A DNA stretch of 64,000 nt from Octopus bimaculoides (Eukaryota): NCBI RefSeq assembly GCF_001194135.2, contig NC_068996.1, forward strand, positions 35,780,742 to 35,844,741, given 5' to 3'. Position numbers and translations under genes: made by a program. The notes beneath the pieces are model-generated. The model searched no databases and was not told the DNA's origin. It worked only from the letters and a program-made list of their open reading frames with translations. This document shows positions 41,092 to 54,527 of this stretch, piece after piece (positions within the stretch are counted from its first letter, which is position 1; each line of letters starts with the position of its first letter).

Positions 41092-41138
<47 letters not shown>
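39593..41138 (+). mobile_element. Head-to-tail array of ~7 tRNA-derived SINEs (family B) separated by (ATT)n
   Basis: Units start aagg.ggtgagctggcagaat.gttagca (A box), contain gagttcaaattc (B box) and end ccttgtgcc...gaaa..(att)n. Other copies at ~3530-3660, 4150-4330, 14747-15190 (two), 19190-19390, 21880-22285 (two), 23590-23800, 24065-24440, 26128-26345, 30060-30285, 39320-39550 and 52270-52495. Confidence 0.9.
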
Positions 41139-41867
41139 CTTCTTCATCACCACTGTTGTCTTGCTGGATAATGTATCGGTGAATTTGTTTACCATCTGAG
41201 ACCTAACATTTTCATCAGTTTCTCCTGGCCTTTCTATCAGTTTAATTAGCTTTTGCAAAGTAAAGTATAATTTGGTATTGTTCTTAGCACAATATGGAAA
41301 TGATTATTGAATTACCGAACAACAAGTATTAGATTTCACTAAGAGTTATGTACTTATATACATATCCAATTACATATATGATCATCTTCAGCATCATCAT
41401 CACCACCGTCATATGTCCATGTTCCATGCTGGCATGTGTTAGATGGTTTGATAGGATCTGCCGGGTCTAAGGACTGCATTGAGCTCAGTGTGTGCTCTGT
41501 CTTGGTTTCTATGGCTGGATGCCCTTCCTCATACCAACTACTCCTACAGTGCAGTGTATACTAGGTGTTTTTGACTTGACACTGGCATTGTTGAGGTCAT
41601 CATGCAGCTTGTGAAATAACAAACCCCAAGGGTTGCTTATTACACACACACACACATACACGATGGATTCTTCTTTTGAAGATGACATATGAGTATTCAG
41701 CTTTTGCTGAACAACTTGCACAAATGATTTGTCTATGGTGATCAAATGTTCGTGCCTGAACAGGTACACGGTGTGCCATGTGTCAGATGTTGAAGTGATT
41801 GCAGAGCAATGTAAAATTCCAAGACCATCTGGTCTAGGAATTGAAATCATGATCTAACCACTAAGCC

Positions 41868-41900
<33 letters not shown>

Positions 41901-42011
41901 TATGTATATATGTATATATGTATATATAAATAAATAATAGAGAATATGGAGACTTGTACATCTACAAAATTTATTTTATAGTTATATACAGCATATTACA
42001 ATGACCTAAGA

Positions 42012-42335
42012 AGGCAAATGGCTCAGTGGTTAGAGCGTCGAGCTTACGATCGCGAAGTTGTGAGTTCGAATCCCAGATCAGGTTGCGTGTTGTGTTCTTG
42101 AGCAAGACACTTTATTTCACATTGCTCCAGTTCACTCAGCTGTAGAAATGGGTTGTGATGTCACAGGTGCCAAACTGTATTGGCCTTTGCCATTCCCTTG
42201 GATAACACTGGTGGCGTGGAGAGGGGTGGTCGGTATGCATGGGTTGTTCCATAAACAACCTTGCCCAGACTTGTGCCTTGAAGGGTAACTTTCTAGGTGC
42301 AATCCCATGGTCAGTCATGACCAAAGGGGGTCTCA
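42012..42335 (+). mobile_element. Third tRNA-derived SINE family
   Basis: A box tggctcagtggttagagc, B box gagttcgaatccc, then gtgttcttgagcaagacactttatttcac. Related pieces at ~32820-32970 (-), 37205-37310 (+) and 41770-41870 (-). Confidence 0.75.
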
Positions 42336-43865
42336 GCACAATGACTTACACGTGTTTCTGCTGCAGTGACTACTCACTGTTGCAAATGCAACCTTGCAAT
42401 ATTGTCGGTGCAGCTGTTAACTGGAATTTAACTGAGAGCTAATATGGTATCTGCCCTGATAATATATCCCTCCAAATTTGATGACTGGTACCTGTGCCAG
42501 TGGAGCACTAACAGCACTGTCCAAGTGTGATCATTGCCGGAGCAGCTGTCTAGCTTCTGTGCCAGTGGCACATAAATAGCACCATNNNNNNNNNNNNNNN
42601 NNNNNNNNNNNNNNNNNNNNNNNNNNNNNNNNNNNNNNNNNNNNNNNNNNNNNNNNNNNNNNNNNNNNNNNNNNNGCACCATTTGAGCGTGATCGTTACC
42701 AGTGTCGCCTTACTGGCACTTGTGCTGGTGGCATGCGAAAAAATATTCGAGCGAGGTTGTTGCCAATGCCGCTGGACTGGCTCCTGTGCAGGTGGCACGT
42801 AAAAAACACCATTTTGAGCTTGGCTGTTGCCAGTACTGTGTGACTGTCACTCGTGCCGGTGGCACGTAAAACACCCACTACACTCTCGGAGTGGTTGGCG
42901 TTAGGAAGGGCATCCAGCTGTAGAAACTCCACCAGATCAGATTGGAGCCTGGTGCAGCTATCTGGTTCACCAGTCCTCAGTCAAATCGTCTAACCCATGC
43001 TAGCATGGAAAGCAGACGTTAAACGATGATGATGATGATATATACACACACACACATACATTCATATACATATGTATAATATATATGTATGTAAGAGATA
43101 TAGCGACAGATGTGTATAATCTAAGATTTTTGTTGTTGTTGTTTAATCAGCAGTGAGGGTATTTCTACATTTACATATGTGCCAATAAAGTGGCCTCTCA
43201 CCCCATTGTCTTGAAAAGAAGGCATACATTTATTAGGCAATATCTGAGAGAGGATTGAGATCATTATGGCTGGAGTGCTTTTGATCATAGGTCAGATTTG
43301 ACCTGTGGTTAAACAGCAACAACAATCAGTAAGCAGTATACTAAGTCATAGGAATTATTTATATCAGGGGCAACTTCTCTACTTTTCTAGTTTGCCAATT
43401 GCTTCCATGATTAGAGAAATTAAAGTTGACTGCTGGGGAAGGCTGTAAAAGCAAATGTTAATATTTAATGAGATTTGATGCACACATGCCTCATGGCAAG
43501 TGTGTCTAGGGGTGAGAGATTTAGGAAAAAGTATATTCAATAATAAATTTATGAAATAATGAGACTAAAGTAGTTTGAAATATTGGAAAAACTTTTTACC
43601 AAGAAGACATTTATAAAACGTTGGGTGAAATATAGGTGAATCTAGAAACTTGTCATTATCACATGGTTCTGTGTTTAACATAGCATGTTTTCATGGAACG
43701 CTTGGTACTCACATTTCATACTTTACAGCAGGAATTCCATTTCTTCTAATCTGTTCATTTCATTATCCTTGTTATTTCTTTAATAACTGGTTGTGGTTAC
43801 TGCATGACTTCCAAACTAAAATATTCTAAGTCTTCAGTTTCTTTTCTCTCTCTCTCTCTCTCTTT

Positions 43866-44090
43866 TAACCCTTTGCCTGTCCTGTGTTTCCCTGGTAGCC
43901 ATAAGTCAAAGATGATGAACATTCCCAATTCTTATTGTTTTTTTTCAACTACCAGTGTAACTCAAGACTTATGAAAGGAAAGCTTTATATTACTCAAAAC
44001 GCATGAAATGACAGCTAGCTAAAAGTTTGCTAATAAGCATGGACATTTAGGACAGACTTATGGAAATGCTTTGGATATGTAAAGGATTAA
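43866..44090. mobile_element. Possible further piggyBac-type MITE
   Basis: ttaaccctttgcctgtcc ... ggatatgtaaaggattaa; imperfect TIR with TTAA ends; single copy seen. Confidence 0.45.
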
Positions 44091-45715
44091 TGACTTACTA
44101 ATATTTTTCTAATACCATCTTTTATATGAGAAAGCTTTGATGGATCAAGTTACTAATCACTAATTCCTTCATTTTTAACATCTTACAGTTCTTTGAAGGT
44201 AACAAATGCTAACGTGTTACTAATCTTGTTTTCTCATTTATGAACAATGTTTGAATTTAATTATTTAGAGAATGGTGCAACAGCTTGGGAAGTATTTTCT
44301 TTTATAACCCTAGGTCAACCAATGCTTTGTGAGGAGGAAATTGCTAATGGAAAACTTTGTGGAAGCCTGACATTTGTGTATGTGTTTGTGGTGTGTGTAT
44401 ATTTGTTTGCTTGTGTGTGAATGTTTACAAAACTACCTAGAAATATAAAAATAGTTGATGTCAGTGTTGTTTGTGGTTAGGCTACTACAGATTGCCTGCT
44501 AGCTCTGCAACCTCAAATTTGCCTGCAATAAAAAAAAAATAATCTTTTACTTGAAAAACAAACAAGGTTTGGCAAACAAGAAATGATCGTAGCCATGAAA
44601 ATCCTGCTTCAAATTTATTCCAATCTAAGCCATGTTAGCATGATAAACAAACAGTAAACAAAACAAAACTGTATTAACAAGCATTTGTATAGATTAGATT
44701 GGAAAAACTGTTATTGACTTTATAAGTGTTTTGATATGATTTAGAATAATTTTGCAAACATTTGTTTAGCATTTCTGATTGCTCTGTCAAATGTAATGCT
44801 TATTAATTCACATTGTTTTGAATTAATCATGCATTATCTTGTAGCTTCAAAATTTCAATGGTGTGTTTGTATATTTTTAGAATGACAGTGTAGGATAGGT
44901 GTGAGAGGTTGAATCTGGTCAGTTTGAACATGAAACAGGTAAATTATTTGGGCTGGATTTAGTCAGATTAAATGCTAAAAGATTAAAGCACTTTCAGTAC
45001 TTCATTTCATTGAAGAGCAGTTATTAGGTTGTGGAATTAATCTATCACCCAGTTTAACATCATTACATGACCCTTGGGTGCCTTTCAGCAAAATCCACTA
45101 TGTTACAAGCATGATAATTATTATTATTACTATTATTATTAGTTGGCCCCGTGCTGTCAAAAATAATGGCTAATTGTAGTGTTTTATATATAAATATGGA
45201 TGGTAAATCAAATTAATACACTTGTCAATGTTATCTAGTGGTTGTCTTTTCAGATGTGACATCAATCATCGTTTGTTACTGAAAGAACGCTGATTCATAC
45301 ATACATTCACATACTTCCCCTTGTACACGCACACACATACACACATATACTCACACAGAGTTGAAATGCTGTTTGATTTTTCTTTTCAGCGTTGAATGTT
45401 CACTGTCCCACTTCCATTGCACACACACACACACACACATGACTCCCTTTTACATACACACACATTTGAAACGCTTCCACTATCAGTTTGCCATCACTCC
45501 TTCCTTCCTTATTTATTTATCCCTTCCTTTCTCATATGTTGTGATAGAGAAAAATACGAGTATTATTATAGTAGAAGATATATACTCACACATGAAAACA
45601 CATGCATTTACACATACATGCACACACACACACATGCACACACACATACATACATGTATAAACATGCATGCATAGAAACACATGCATGTACACATATACA
45701 TGTACACACACACGT

Positions 45716-45758
<43 letters not shown>

Positions 45759-46139
45759 GGAACATTAGTTTAAAGTGTACAATCATCTGACTGTGATGGA
45801 TGGATATTCTGTGCTGTTCTGTGCAACAACCATCACCAGCTTCCAGAAGTAGGCTCCACTATATTAGCTGCCATTCTCCTGGTAGAACCTTACTCTGGAC
45901 CTTGATTCACTCTTATTGTAATCAATTATTGTTAGTGGGCATCTACTGAGAATTCTTGTTGCGTAGCAACTCTAGCATTACTCTGCTGCTGATCTCACTC
46001 AAGTCTGAGATATCATTTCCCACATGAGTGATTGATATTTGCAAAGTGTCTGTTTTGTCTATAGAATTTTGGAAAGTCATATAAAGCTATACTAATCAGT
46101 TTTTAACTGCCACAAACATACACATGCGCACGCACACAA

Positions 46140-46171
<32 letters not shown>

Positions 46172-46806
46172 TAGCAGGCAAAATTTTGAAGTAGTTTTAG
46201 CATGGAATGCAATTGTCATCATCATCATCATTTAATGTCCACTTTCCATGCTAGCATGGGTTTGACTGGAACTGGTAAGCCGGAGGGCTACACCAGGTTC
46301 CAGTCTGCTTTGGCATGCTTTCTGATTGGATGCCCTTCCTTATGCCAATCACTCAGAGAGTGTAATGGGTGCATTTTACGTGCCATTTACATGACATCAG
46401 CAATGGCCACAACTACAATTTCATTTGGCTTGATGAGTCTTCATAAGCACAGCATATTACCAAAAGGTCTTGATCACTTGTCATCATCTCTGTGAGGCCT
46501 GACATTTGAAGATCATGCTACTGGTAATGGCTACAATTATGATTTCATGGGGTCATTCACATGACACTGGCAACAGCCAGCTTTCAAATTTCTTAAGTTA
46601 GCATGCTCCATAGGCATGACTTTCTCTCTCTCTCTCATATCATGCTATCTGAGACCAGAAAATCATTATTTGCATAAATCTCTGATAAAAAGTTTGCTTC
46701 TGAACCACATGACTCTTGGTTAAGTCCCACTGCATGGCACCTTGGGAAAAGTGTCTTCTGCTATACCTCCAGGCTGACCAAAACCTTGTGAGTGGATTTT
46801 TGTAGA

Positions 46807-46840
<34 letters not shown>

Positions 46841-47596
46841 TTTATGTTTGTCCCTCATTACCATTTGACAACCAATGTTAGTTTGTTTACATTTCCACAA
46901 TTTAACAGTTCAGCAAAAGAGACAGAATAAGTAGTACCAGACTTAAGAAAATATAAGTACTAGAGGTGATTTGTTCGACTAAATCCTGCAATGACTAAAG
47001 CAAGTAAATAGTAAAAGATAACAGAAGTAATTAATGTATTAACATTGGAAATGTTCTGTGTTGCTCGCTAAGAGCTTGAAATTTAAGCAAATGAATTGGT
47101 AGAGGATGAAAATGCAAAAGACAAAGAAAGTCTCACTGTTTACTGATGATGTATAATATGGTACCTGGATATCTGGAATTATAATTAATGAAAGACATAG
47201 TTTCCTCTCAAGAATATTGTTGTTTAACCACAGGTCGGTCCTTATTAAGCAAATCTATAGTCAGTGGTGTTCCAGTTATGACCATCCCGTCTATTTCTCA
47301 GCTGTGTTGCACCTAGGGAATAGGTACTGTTTCTTGCAGATTGAACCCCTACCTACCCACACACACATAGTGGCAGAGCTTCAAAGACTGGGATGGAGAA
47401 GATTTCTGTGCCAACAATGCTTAAGCTGGTGACTTTTGGTCCTAAAATGTGGAAGAGTGCTTGCATGCATGGTTGCTTCCCAACCACATGGTTTGTGGTT
47501 CAGTCCCATTGCATGGCACCTTGGACAAAGACCATCTACTATAACCCTGAACTAACCAAAACCTTTTGAGTGGATTTGGTAGATGGAAACTGAAAG

Positions 47597-47631
<35 letters not shown>

Positions 47632-48976
47632 TCCCCACCATCACTGCTTGACAACTGGTGCTGTTGTTTACATTCCTGTAACTTAGTGGTTTGGCAAAAG
47701 AACTGATAGAATAAGTACCAGGCTTTAAAAAATTAAGTACTGGGGGTCAATACATTCAACTAAAAATTCTTCATGGTGATGCACCAGCATGGCCACAGTC
47801 TAATAACTGGAAAAAGTAAAAAAAAAAAAAAGACGCAAAGTGTCCAATTTATAGTCAAACTTAAAAGAACTGTCTATAATGTTGTCTTCAGTTGTGGCTG
47901 GCAGACTTCAAAGAATAATTCACTAACTTCATCTTGAGAAAATGTGTTTTTAAATTTTGTTGTCAGCTCTTGAAGGGGTGATTGAGCCTCTATGTAGTTG
48001 CTCAACTTGCAAGAAGTAAGTAAGTAAGTGGTATGAAGGATATTAACCAAATATTCTTCATACCACACCTTAGCATGGAGGAATAGAGAGAGAGAGACGT
48101 ATTTGATAATATTGTTCTGAATGAACTGTGCCTGGGGAAAGGTTGGATGGTCAAGACTGGAAACACCTTTGATTATGCTGTCTAACACAGTTTTTGTCCT
48201 TCAGTAGCAACTGTTATTTCCTATTTGCTTACCCCTAGGATGTATGAAAAATGGCTAATATTTCCATCAAAATTTGCTTTTGTTACGTTTATTCAAACCC
48301 CAAAGAATTTCTCTCAACACATGGCTATGATGCTCCCCCCACTACTCCTGCTCATCATCAGAGATGTACAAATTGTCAACTACTAAGGGATATGCTCAAA
48401 TAATTAAGGTTAAGCAACTGAAAAGCTAATCAGTGGTATTGAGCAGAATATTTACTATAATGATATTTCTGCTTCAGCAACTCAGTGCTGAATATGTCTG
48501 AAATGTAATGGAATATAGATCAGTTTCAAAACCTTGATGTCCCGATCACAAAAGCAAAGTTTGAAGGGAATAATAGTCATTTCCTTTGGTTTCTAGATAG
48601 AAGCAAATAGGAAATAACATTGACCAAAGACAATAAAATAGAAATAAAAATTTTGTTACACAGTGTTATAGATTTGCTTAGATAGTGGTTGACTTGAGCC
48701 AAAATTATGACAACCACTTAGGGTGTTATACTAGCTTGTGAGGCAGTGTTACTATTAAAAAAAAATAATATATGGTAAGGAGATGTGGTGGATGTGGATA
48801 ATGGAAGATAAAAGTGAAGGGGGGAAATGAATGGAGAAGAGAGAAACATGTTGTAGAAACATGATTGGAGAGGGAGAAAAACAGGGAGAGAGAGGAGTAG
48901 AAGGAGTTGGATTAATAAGAAAAAGAGACAATGTTATCATCTTGTATTAAATGATTGATTATTTTTATACTTTTAG

Positions 48977-49134
48977 TTGCAACAAAACCATTAAAGCCAT
49001 CCAAAAATCAATTACTAGTGCATAAAAGCAACACGTTACCTCGAACTAGAAGTACATCAACTTCAACCCTGCGAGAAAGTCCTACTTTATCACCTAAAAA
49101 ACAGGTTCACAAACGACAGTTATCACAACCTGAT
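48977..49134 (+). CDS. SPAST: Spastin linker/microtubule-binding region exon (human exon 5 equivalent), 158 nt, phase 1-0
   Basis: Acceptor tttttatacttttag, donor GAT|gtaagt. Translates (V)ATKPLKPSKNQLLVHKSNTLPRTRSTSTSTLRESPTLSPKKQVHKRQLSQPD; SNTLPR resembles human SNSLPR. Phases fit both neighbours. Confidence 0.85.
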
Positions 49135-49975
49135 GTAAGTAACTTTTTATTATTATTTCATTTGGACAAAGTCAATATGATTGGATTTCTTTTTATGGCT
49201 ACCGTTGTTAAGGCAAAACAATTTTGTTTTTATGCAATAAAAATTCTATATATTTTATCTGATTTTATGGGTCTTAAACTTTTACATTTTTGTCATATTA
49301 AGTTTTTGTAAATTAAGTCCACTCAGCTGGCAAAAATGAGTTGTACTTGTATTTCAAAGGGTCAGCCTTGTCATACTCTGTGTCACACTGAATCTCCCTG
49401 AGAACTACATTAAGGGTACAGTTCTCCACAGTGTCTGTGGGGTGCTAAGCCACTTGCATGTTGATTTCATGAGCAGGTTGTTCCATTGATCACATCAACT
49501 GGATCGTTGTAACCAACAGTGACAGTAAATTAAGTTAGAAAAAATAGACAAGCATTTTCTCTAAAATGCCTGTAATGTTATGTCATTTCACCTTTTAGCA
49601 TTCAGATTACTCTGTGAAATTTAGTACTTATTTATTCTCATTGTTTTAAATTGATCATGTAGTATCTTATAGCTTTGAGATTTCAATGATGTGATTGTTT
49701 TTAGAATATTTTTGTTTTTTGCGGAGTAGGTGTGAGAGGCTGCATCTAGCATGTTTGAACATAAAACAGATAGAATATTTGGGCTGGATATGGTCGGTTT
49801 AATTGCTAAAAGATTGATATAAATTTAAAAGTAACATTATATTATCTAGTATTCTCCTGTTGTCCGGTTCTCAATGTAACCTTTCATATATATTCAGGAG
49901 AATCGAGGAATTTTAGAGGAACAAATACGTTTTAGAAAATTGGTATGAGATCTTATTAAAACTGTTTTCTTTCAG

Positions 49976-50102
49976 ATGAAAAGCTCTCCGAAAAAAGAAA
50001 AGCAGTTACCTGCTAGTTTTAAAAACGTTGACAAAAAATTGGCTAACCTCATATTAAATGAGATTGTTGATTCGGGCCCACCGGTTGCATTTAATGATGT
50101 TG
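49976..50102 (+). CDS. SPAST: Spastin exon preceding the AAA domain, 127 nt, phase 0-1
   Basis: Acceptor ttttctttcag, donor GTTG|gtaagt. MKSSPKKEKQLPASFKNVDKKLANLILNEIVDSGPPVAFNDV, compared with human [28 protein letters not shown]. Confidence 0.96.
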
Positions 50103-50222
50103 GTAAGTTTCATATTTATTTTATTTCATTTCTACTAATCTTAATAAGTGACATATTGATATATATACAGTGAGTTTAATAATTGTCATATTGATATATA
50201 TATATATTTGTCAGGATAGATA

Positions 50223-50267
<45 letters not shown>

Positions 50268-50329
50268 CTGATCTTAATAATTGTCATTGATATATATATA
50301 TTTGTCTACATGAATACATATTGATATAA

Positions 50330-50675
50330 TCGTTACCAGCATCGCTTTACTGGCATTTGTGCTGGTGGCACATTAGAAAACATTTGAGCGAGATTGTTAC
50401 CAGTGCGACTGGACTGGCTCCTATGCAGGTGGCACGTAAAAAACACCATTTTGAGCGTGGCCGTTGCCAGTACCACCTGACTGGCCTTCGTGCTGGTGGC
50501 ATGTAAAAGCACCCACTACACTCTCTGAGTGGTTGGTGTTAGGAAGGGCATCCAGCTGTAGAAACTCTGCCAGATCAGATTGGAGCCTGGTGTAGCCATC
50601 TGGTTCACCAGTCCTCAGTCAAATCGTCCAACCCATGCTAGCATGGAAGGCGGACGTTAAACAACGATGATGATG
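50330..50675 (+). mobile_element. RTE LINE 3' end (5'-truncated copy) with ~65-bp internal repeats and (GAT)n tail; representative
   Basis: Ends aaatcgtccaacccatgctagcatggaa.gcggacgttaaac(gat)n. The same end follows an RTE ORF at 57245-57963. Other copies at ~16676-16850 (-), 21225-21430 (-), 41395-41600 (-), 42676-43040, 46215-46500 (-), 50725-51015, 53280-53605, 53680-54032, 54930-55230 and 58570-58830. Confidence 0.85.
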
Positions 50676-52937
50676 ATATTTGTCTATATGAACACACATT
50701 GATATACATATATATTTATTTATATGAAACCCTACAGCGAGATCGTTGCCAGTGCCCTTGGACTGGCTCTTGTGCGGGTGGCACATAAAAGACACCATTT
50801 CGAGCGTGGCCGTTTTCGTGCGGGTGACACGTAAAAGCACCCACTACACTCTCTGAGTGGTTGGCGTTAGGAAGGGCATCCAGCTGTAGAAACTCTGCCA
50901 AATTAGATTGGAGCCTGATGTAGCCATCCGGTTGCACCAGTCCTCAGTCAAATCGTCCAACCCATGCTAGCATGGAAAGCGGACGTTAAACGATGATGAT
51001 GATGATGATGATGATATATATATATATTGANNNNNNNNNNNNNNNNNNNNNNNNNNNNNNNNNNNNNNNNNNNNNNNNNNNNNNNNNNNNNNNNNNNNNN
51101 NNNNNNNNNNNNNNNNNNNNNNNNNNNNNNNNNNNNNNNNNNNNNNNNNNNNNNNNNNNNNNNNNNNNNNNNNNNNNNNNNNNNNNNNNNNNNNNNNNNN
51201 NNNNNNNNNNNNNNNNNNNNNNNNNNNNNNNNNNNNNNNNNNNNNNNNNNNNNNNNNNNNNNNNNNNNNNNNNNNNNNNNNNNNNNNNNNNNNNNNNNNN
51301 NNNNNNNNGAAACCCTACAGCGAGATCGTTGCCAGTGCCCTTGGACTGGCTCTTGTGCGGGTGGCACATAAAAGACACCATTTCGAGCGTGGCCGTTTTC
51401 GTGCGGGTGACACGTAAAAGCACCCACTACACTCTCTGAGTGGTTGGCGTTAGGAAGGGCATCCAGCTGTAGAAACTCTGCCAAATTAGATTGGAGCCTG
51501 ATGTAGCCATCCGGTTGCACCAGTCCTCAGTCAAATCGTCCAACCCATGCTAGCATGGAAAGCGGACGTTAAACGATGATGATGATGATGATGATGATAT
51601 ATATATATATTGATACGAGTTGCCAGTAGACTTAATGTTTCCTGTGTTGATACTATAATTTGGACCTTTACAGGGTTCCTTTATCAGGGTCCACTCTAGT
51701 ACAAGCATCCAGATTATGTTTCTGGTATAAGGATAAATTTTTATCTCAACCCATTGCTTCCTAATGTGACTACCTGTGTCTACTCATGATTTGTGGCACC
51801 ATCTTCCTTTTCTCCTACTGTTACCAGTCTCAGAGATCCTGCAAAAATGGTTTGTCTTGGACATTGTCTGCCATCCTCTGTCTAAGTCATAAAAGAAGCA
51901 GCAGCAGAGACTTGGAATATTTTATTACAGAGGAAATAGTTATACATTTTAAGTTAATGGCAAATAAACCAAAATATGGATGCAGGAAAGATATCAGGTC
52001 TTATGCAAACAAAGATCAATTATAAAGCTTTTATATTTCTTATGGTATATGCAAGGAAAATTTCCACAAATTTAGAATTGTTTGAACATATTTTCTCCCA
52101 AAACAAGTTATTCTTAACCCCAAAACTACTGAATCAGAAATAGAAGTTGTGGATATTTTGCACCTCTTCGTCATTCCATGGCAGTCCTTCCCTACCTGTA
52201 CACTAACAAGTCATCTTTATAGATGTGAGGTTTGCAGATATGACAAGGGTGTGATGGATTCTGATACACTGTATATAGAATCTTCTGTACTCTAGGCACA
52301 AATCCCGGAATTTTGGGGGAGTTGGATGCAGTCAATTAGATCGACCCCAGTACACAACTGGTACTTAATTTATCAATTCCGAAAGGATGAAAGGCAAAGT
52401 CGACCTCAGCGGAATTTGAACTCAGAATGTATTGACAGGTGAAATACCACTAAACATTTTGCCCGGCACGCTAATGTTTCTGTCAGCTTGCCACCTTACA
52501 TTGTATATTGAATACATCATCAATGATTACTATATAGATGATGATGATGATGATATTGATATTAACAGCTTCTTTCATCATCATAGTTTCAATGTTTACT
52601 TTTTCATTCTCACTTGAGTTGGATGGGATTTACTGAGGCAGATTTGCTATGGCTGGATACCCTCCCTGTCACCAACCCTCACCTGTTTCCAAGCAAAGTA
52701 ATATTTTCTCATAGACTGACTGGAAATGACTGACCACATGCATAATGATGTCATTTGTTTACAACTATCATGTAAGGTCAAGGAATGGAGACAGCAAAAC
52801 CTACACACATACGCACTCTCTCTCCTTCTCTCTCACTCACACACACATACACTCACTCACACTCTCACATACACACACACTCACGCATGTGTGTGTATGT
52901 GTTTGTATGTGTGTGTGTGTATATATATATGTGTATG

Positions 52938-53025
<88 letters not shown>

Positions 53026-53239
53026 TACACTCTGCAGAGTGTTTGGTGTTAAGAAGCTGTAAAATCTAGCTGAAAAATCCTTGCCAAAACAGACACAGTA
53101 GCTTAAAGTAAATTTTCTACCTGGCCAACTCCTGTCAGCCATCCTGCTCATGCATGCATGGAAGATGGACATTAAACGATGATGATGATATATATATATG
53201 ATGATGATGATATATATATATATATATATGATACCCCTC

Positions 53240-53276
<37 letters not shown>

Positions 53277-54121
53277 GGGATCTTTGCCTTGCAAGTTACT
53301 TGATGACCCTGCCAGTGCTGGTGCTATATAAAAAGTATTCTGTTCACTCTGTAAAGTGGTTTGTATTTGGAAGACACCCAGCTGTAAAAACCATGCCTAA
53401 GCAGACCTTGCTGGTGTTGGTGCCATGTAAAAAGCACCCAGGTCACTCTATAAGGCAGTTGGCATTAGGAAGTGCATCCAGCCATAAAAAACCCTACCAA
53501 AAACATGCAGTAGAGCTGGGAGCTGTCCTCTGGTTTGCCAGCTCCTGTCTAACTGCCCAACCTATGCCAGCATGGAAAATGAATGTCAAATGATTATGAT
53601 GATGATTGAGAGATAGATATACACATGACAGGTTTCAGTTTTCCTCCTTTCAAATCCAATATGTTAAATTTATATAATACGGTGGCACGTAAAAAGCACC
53701 ATTTGAGCGCGATCGTTTCCAGCTTCGCCTTACTGGCACTCATGCCAGAGGCATGTAAACAAAACATTGGACTGACCCCTGTACAGGTGGCACGTAAAAA
53801 AACACCATTTGAGCGTGACCATTGTCAGTACTGCCAAACTGGCCCTTGTTCCGGGTGGCACGTAAAAAGCACCCACTACACTCTTGGAGTGGTTGACGTT
53901 AGGAAGGGCATTCAGCTGTAGAAACTCCGCCAAATCAGATTGGAGTCTGGTGCAGCCATCTGGTTTGCCAGTCCCCAGTCAAATCGTCCAACCCATGCTA
54001 GCATGGAAAGCGGACATTAAATGATGATGATGAATAATTCGTATATCCGTACAGTTTACTGTTGTGTGATTTTTTTTAGTATTACTTTTAAAATTTCAAA
54101 TTCTGTTTTTAATGTTTTTAG

Positions 54122-54186
54122 CTGGACAACAAATTGCTAAACAAGCCCTGCAAGAAATTGTTATTCTACCTTCCCTGCGACCTGAG
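54122..54186 (+). CDS. SPAST: Spastin AAA-domain exon, 65 nt, phase 1-0
   Basis: Acceptor aatgtttttag, donor GAG|gtaatt. (A)[21 protein letters not shown], compared with human [22 protein letters not shown]. Confidence 0.96.
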
Positions 54187-54475
54187 GTAATTATTTTGCT
54201 GCTTGACCTTCATCCTGACCACTAGTCATTAGTTTTACGTTTACACATATGATTCTTTTATTCTTTTACTTGTTTCAGTCATTTAACTGCAGCCATGCTG
54301 GAGCAACACCTTGAAGGATTTTTATTCGAGCAAACTGACCCCAGGACTTATTCTTTGTAAGCCTGGTGGTACTTATTCTATCGGTCTGTTTTGCCAAACT
54401 GCTAAGTTAAAGGGACATCAACACACCAGCACCGGTTGTCAAGCAGTGGAGTGGAGACAAACACAGACACAAAGA

Positions 54476-54527
<52 letters not shown>

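Noticed and set aside
42012-42090. tRNA-like sequence with A and B boxes and a TAC loop
   Set aside because: The anticodon and acceptor stems do not pair, and it continues into a multi-copy SINE body. It is a SINE head, as are the other A/B-box hits.
42676-42900. Regularly spaced repeats as a CRISPR-like array
   Set aside because: Eukaryotic context; the units are diverged ~65-bp tandem modules without unique spacers, within an RTE 3' UTR.
50725-51612. Identical ~300-bp direct duplication on both sides of the 51031-51308 gap
   Set aside because: Exact identity, including flanks abutting an N gap, is most simply an unmerged contig overlap.
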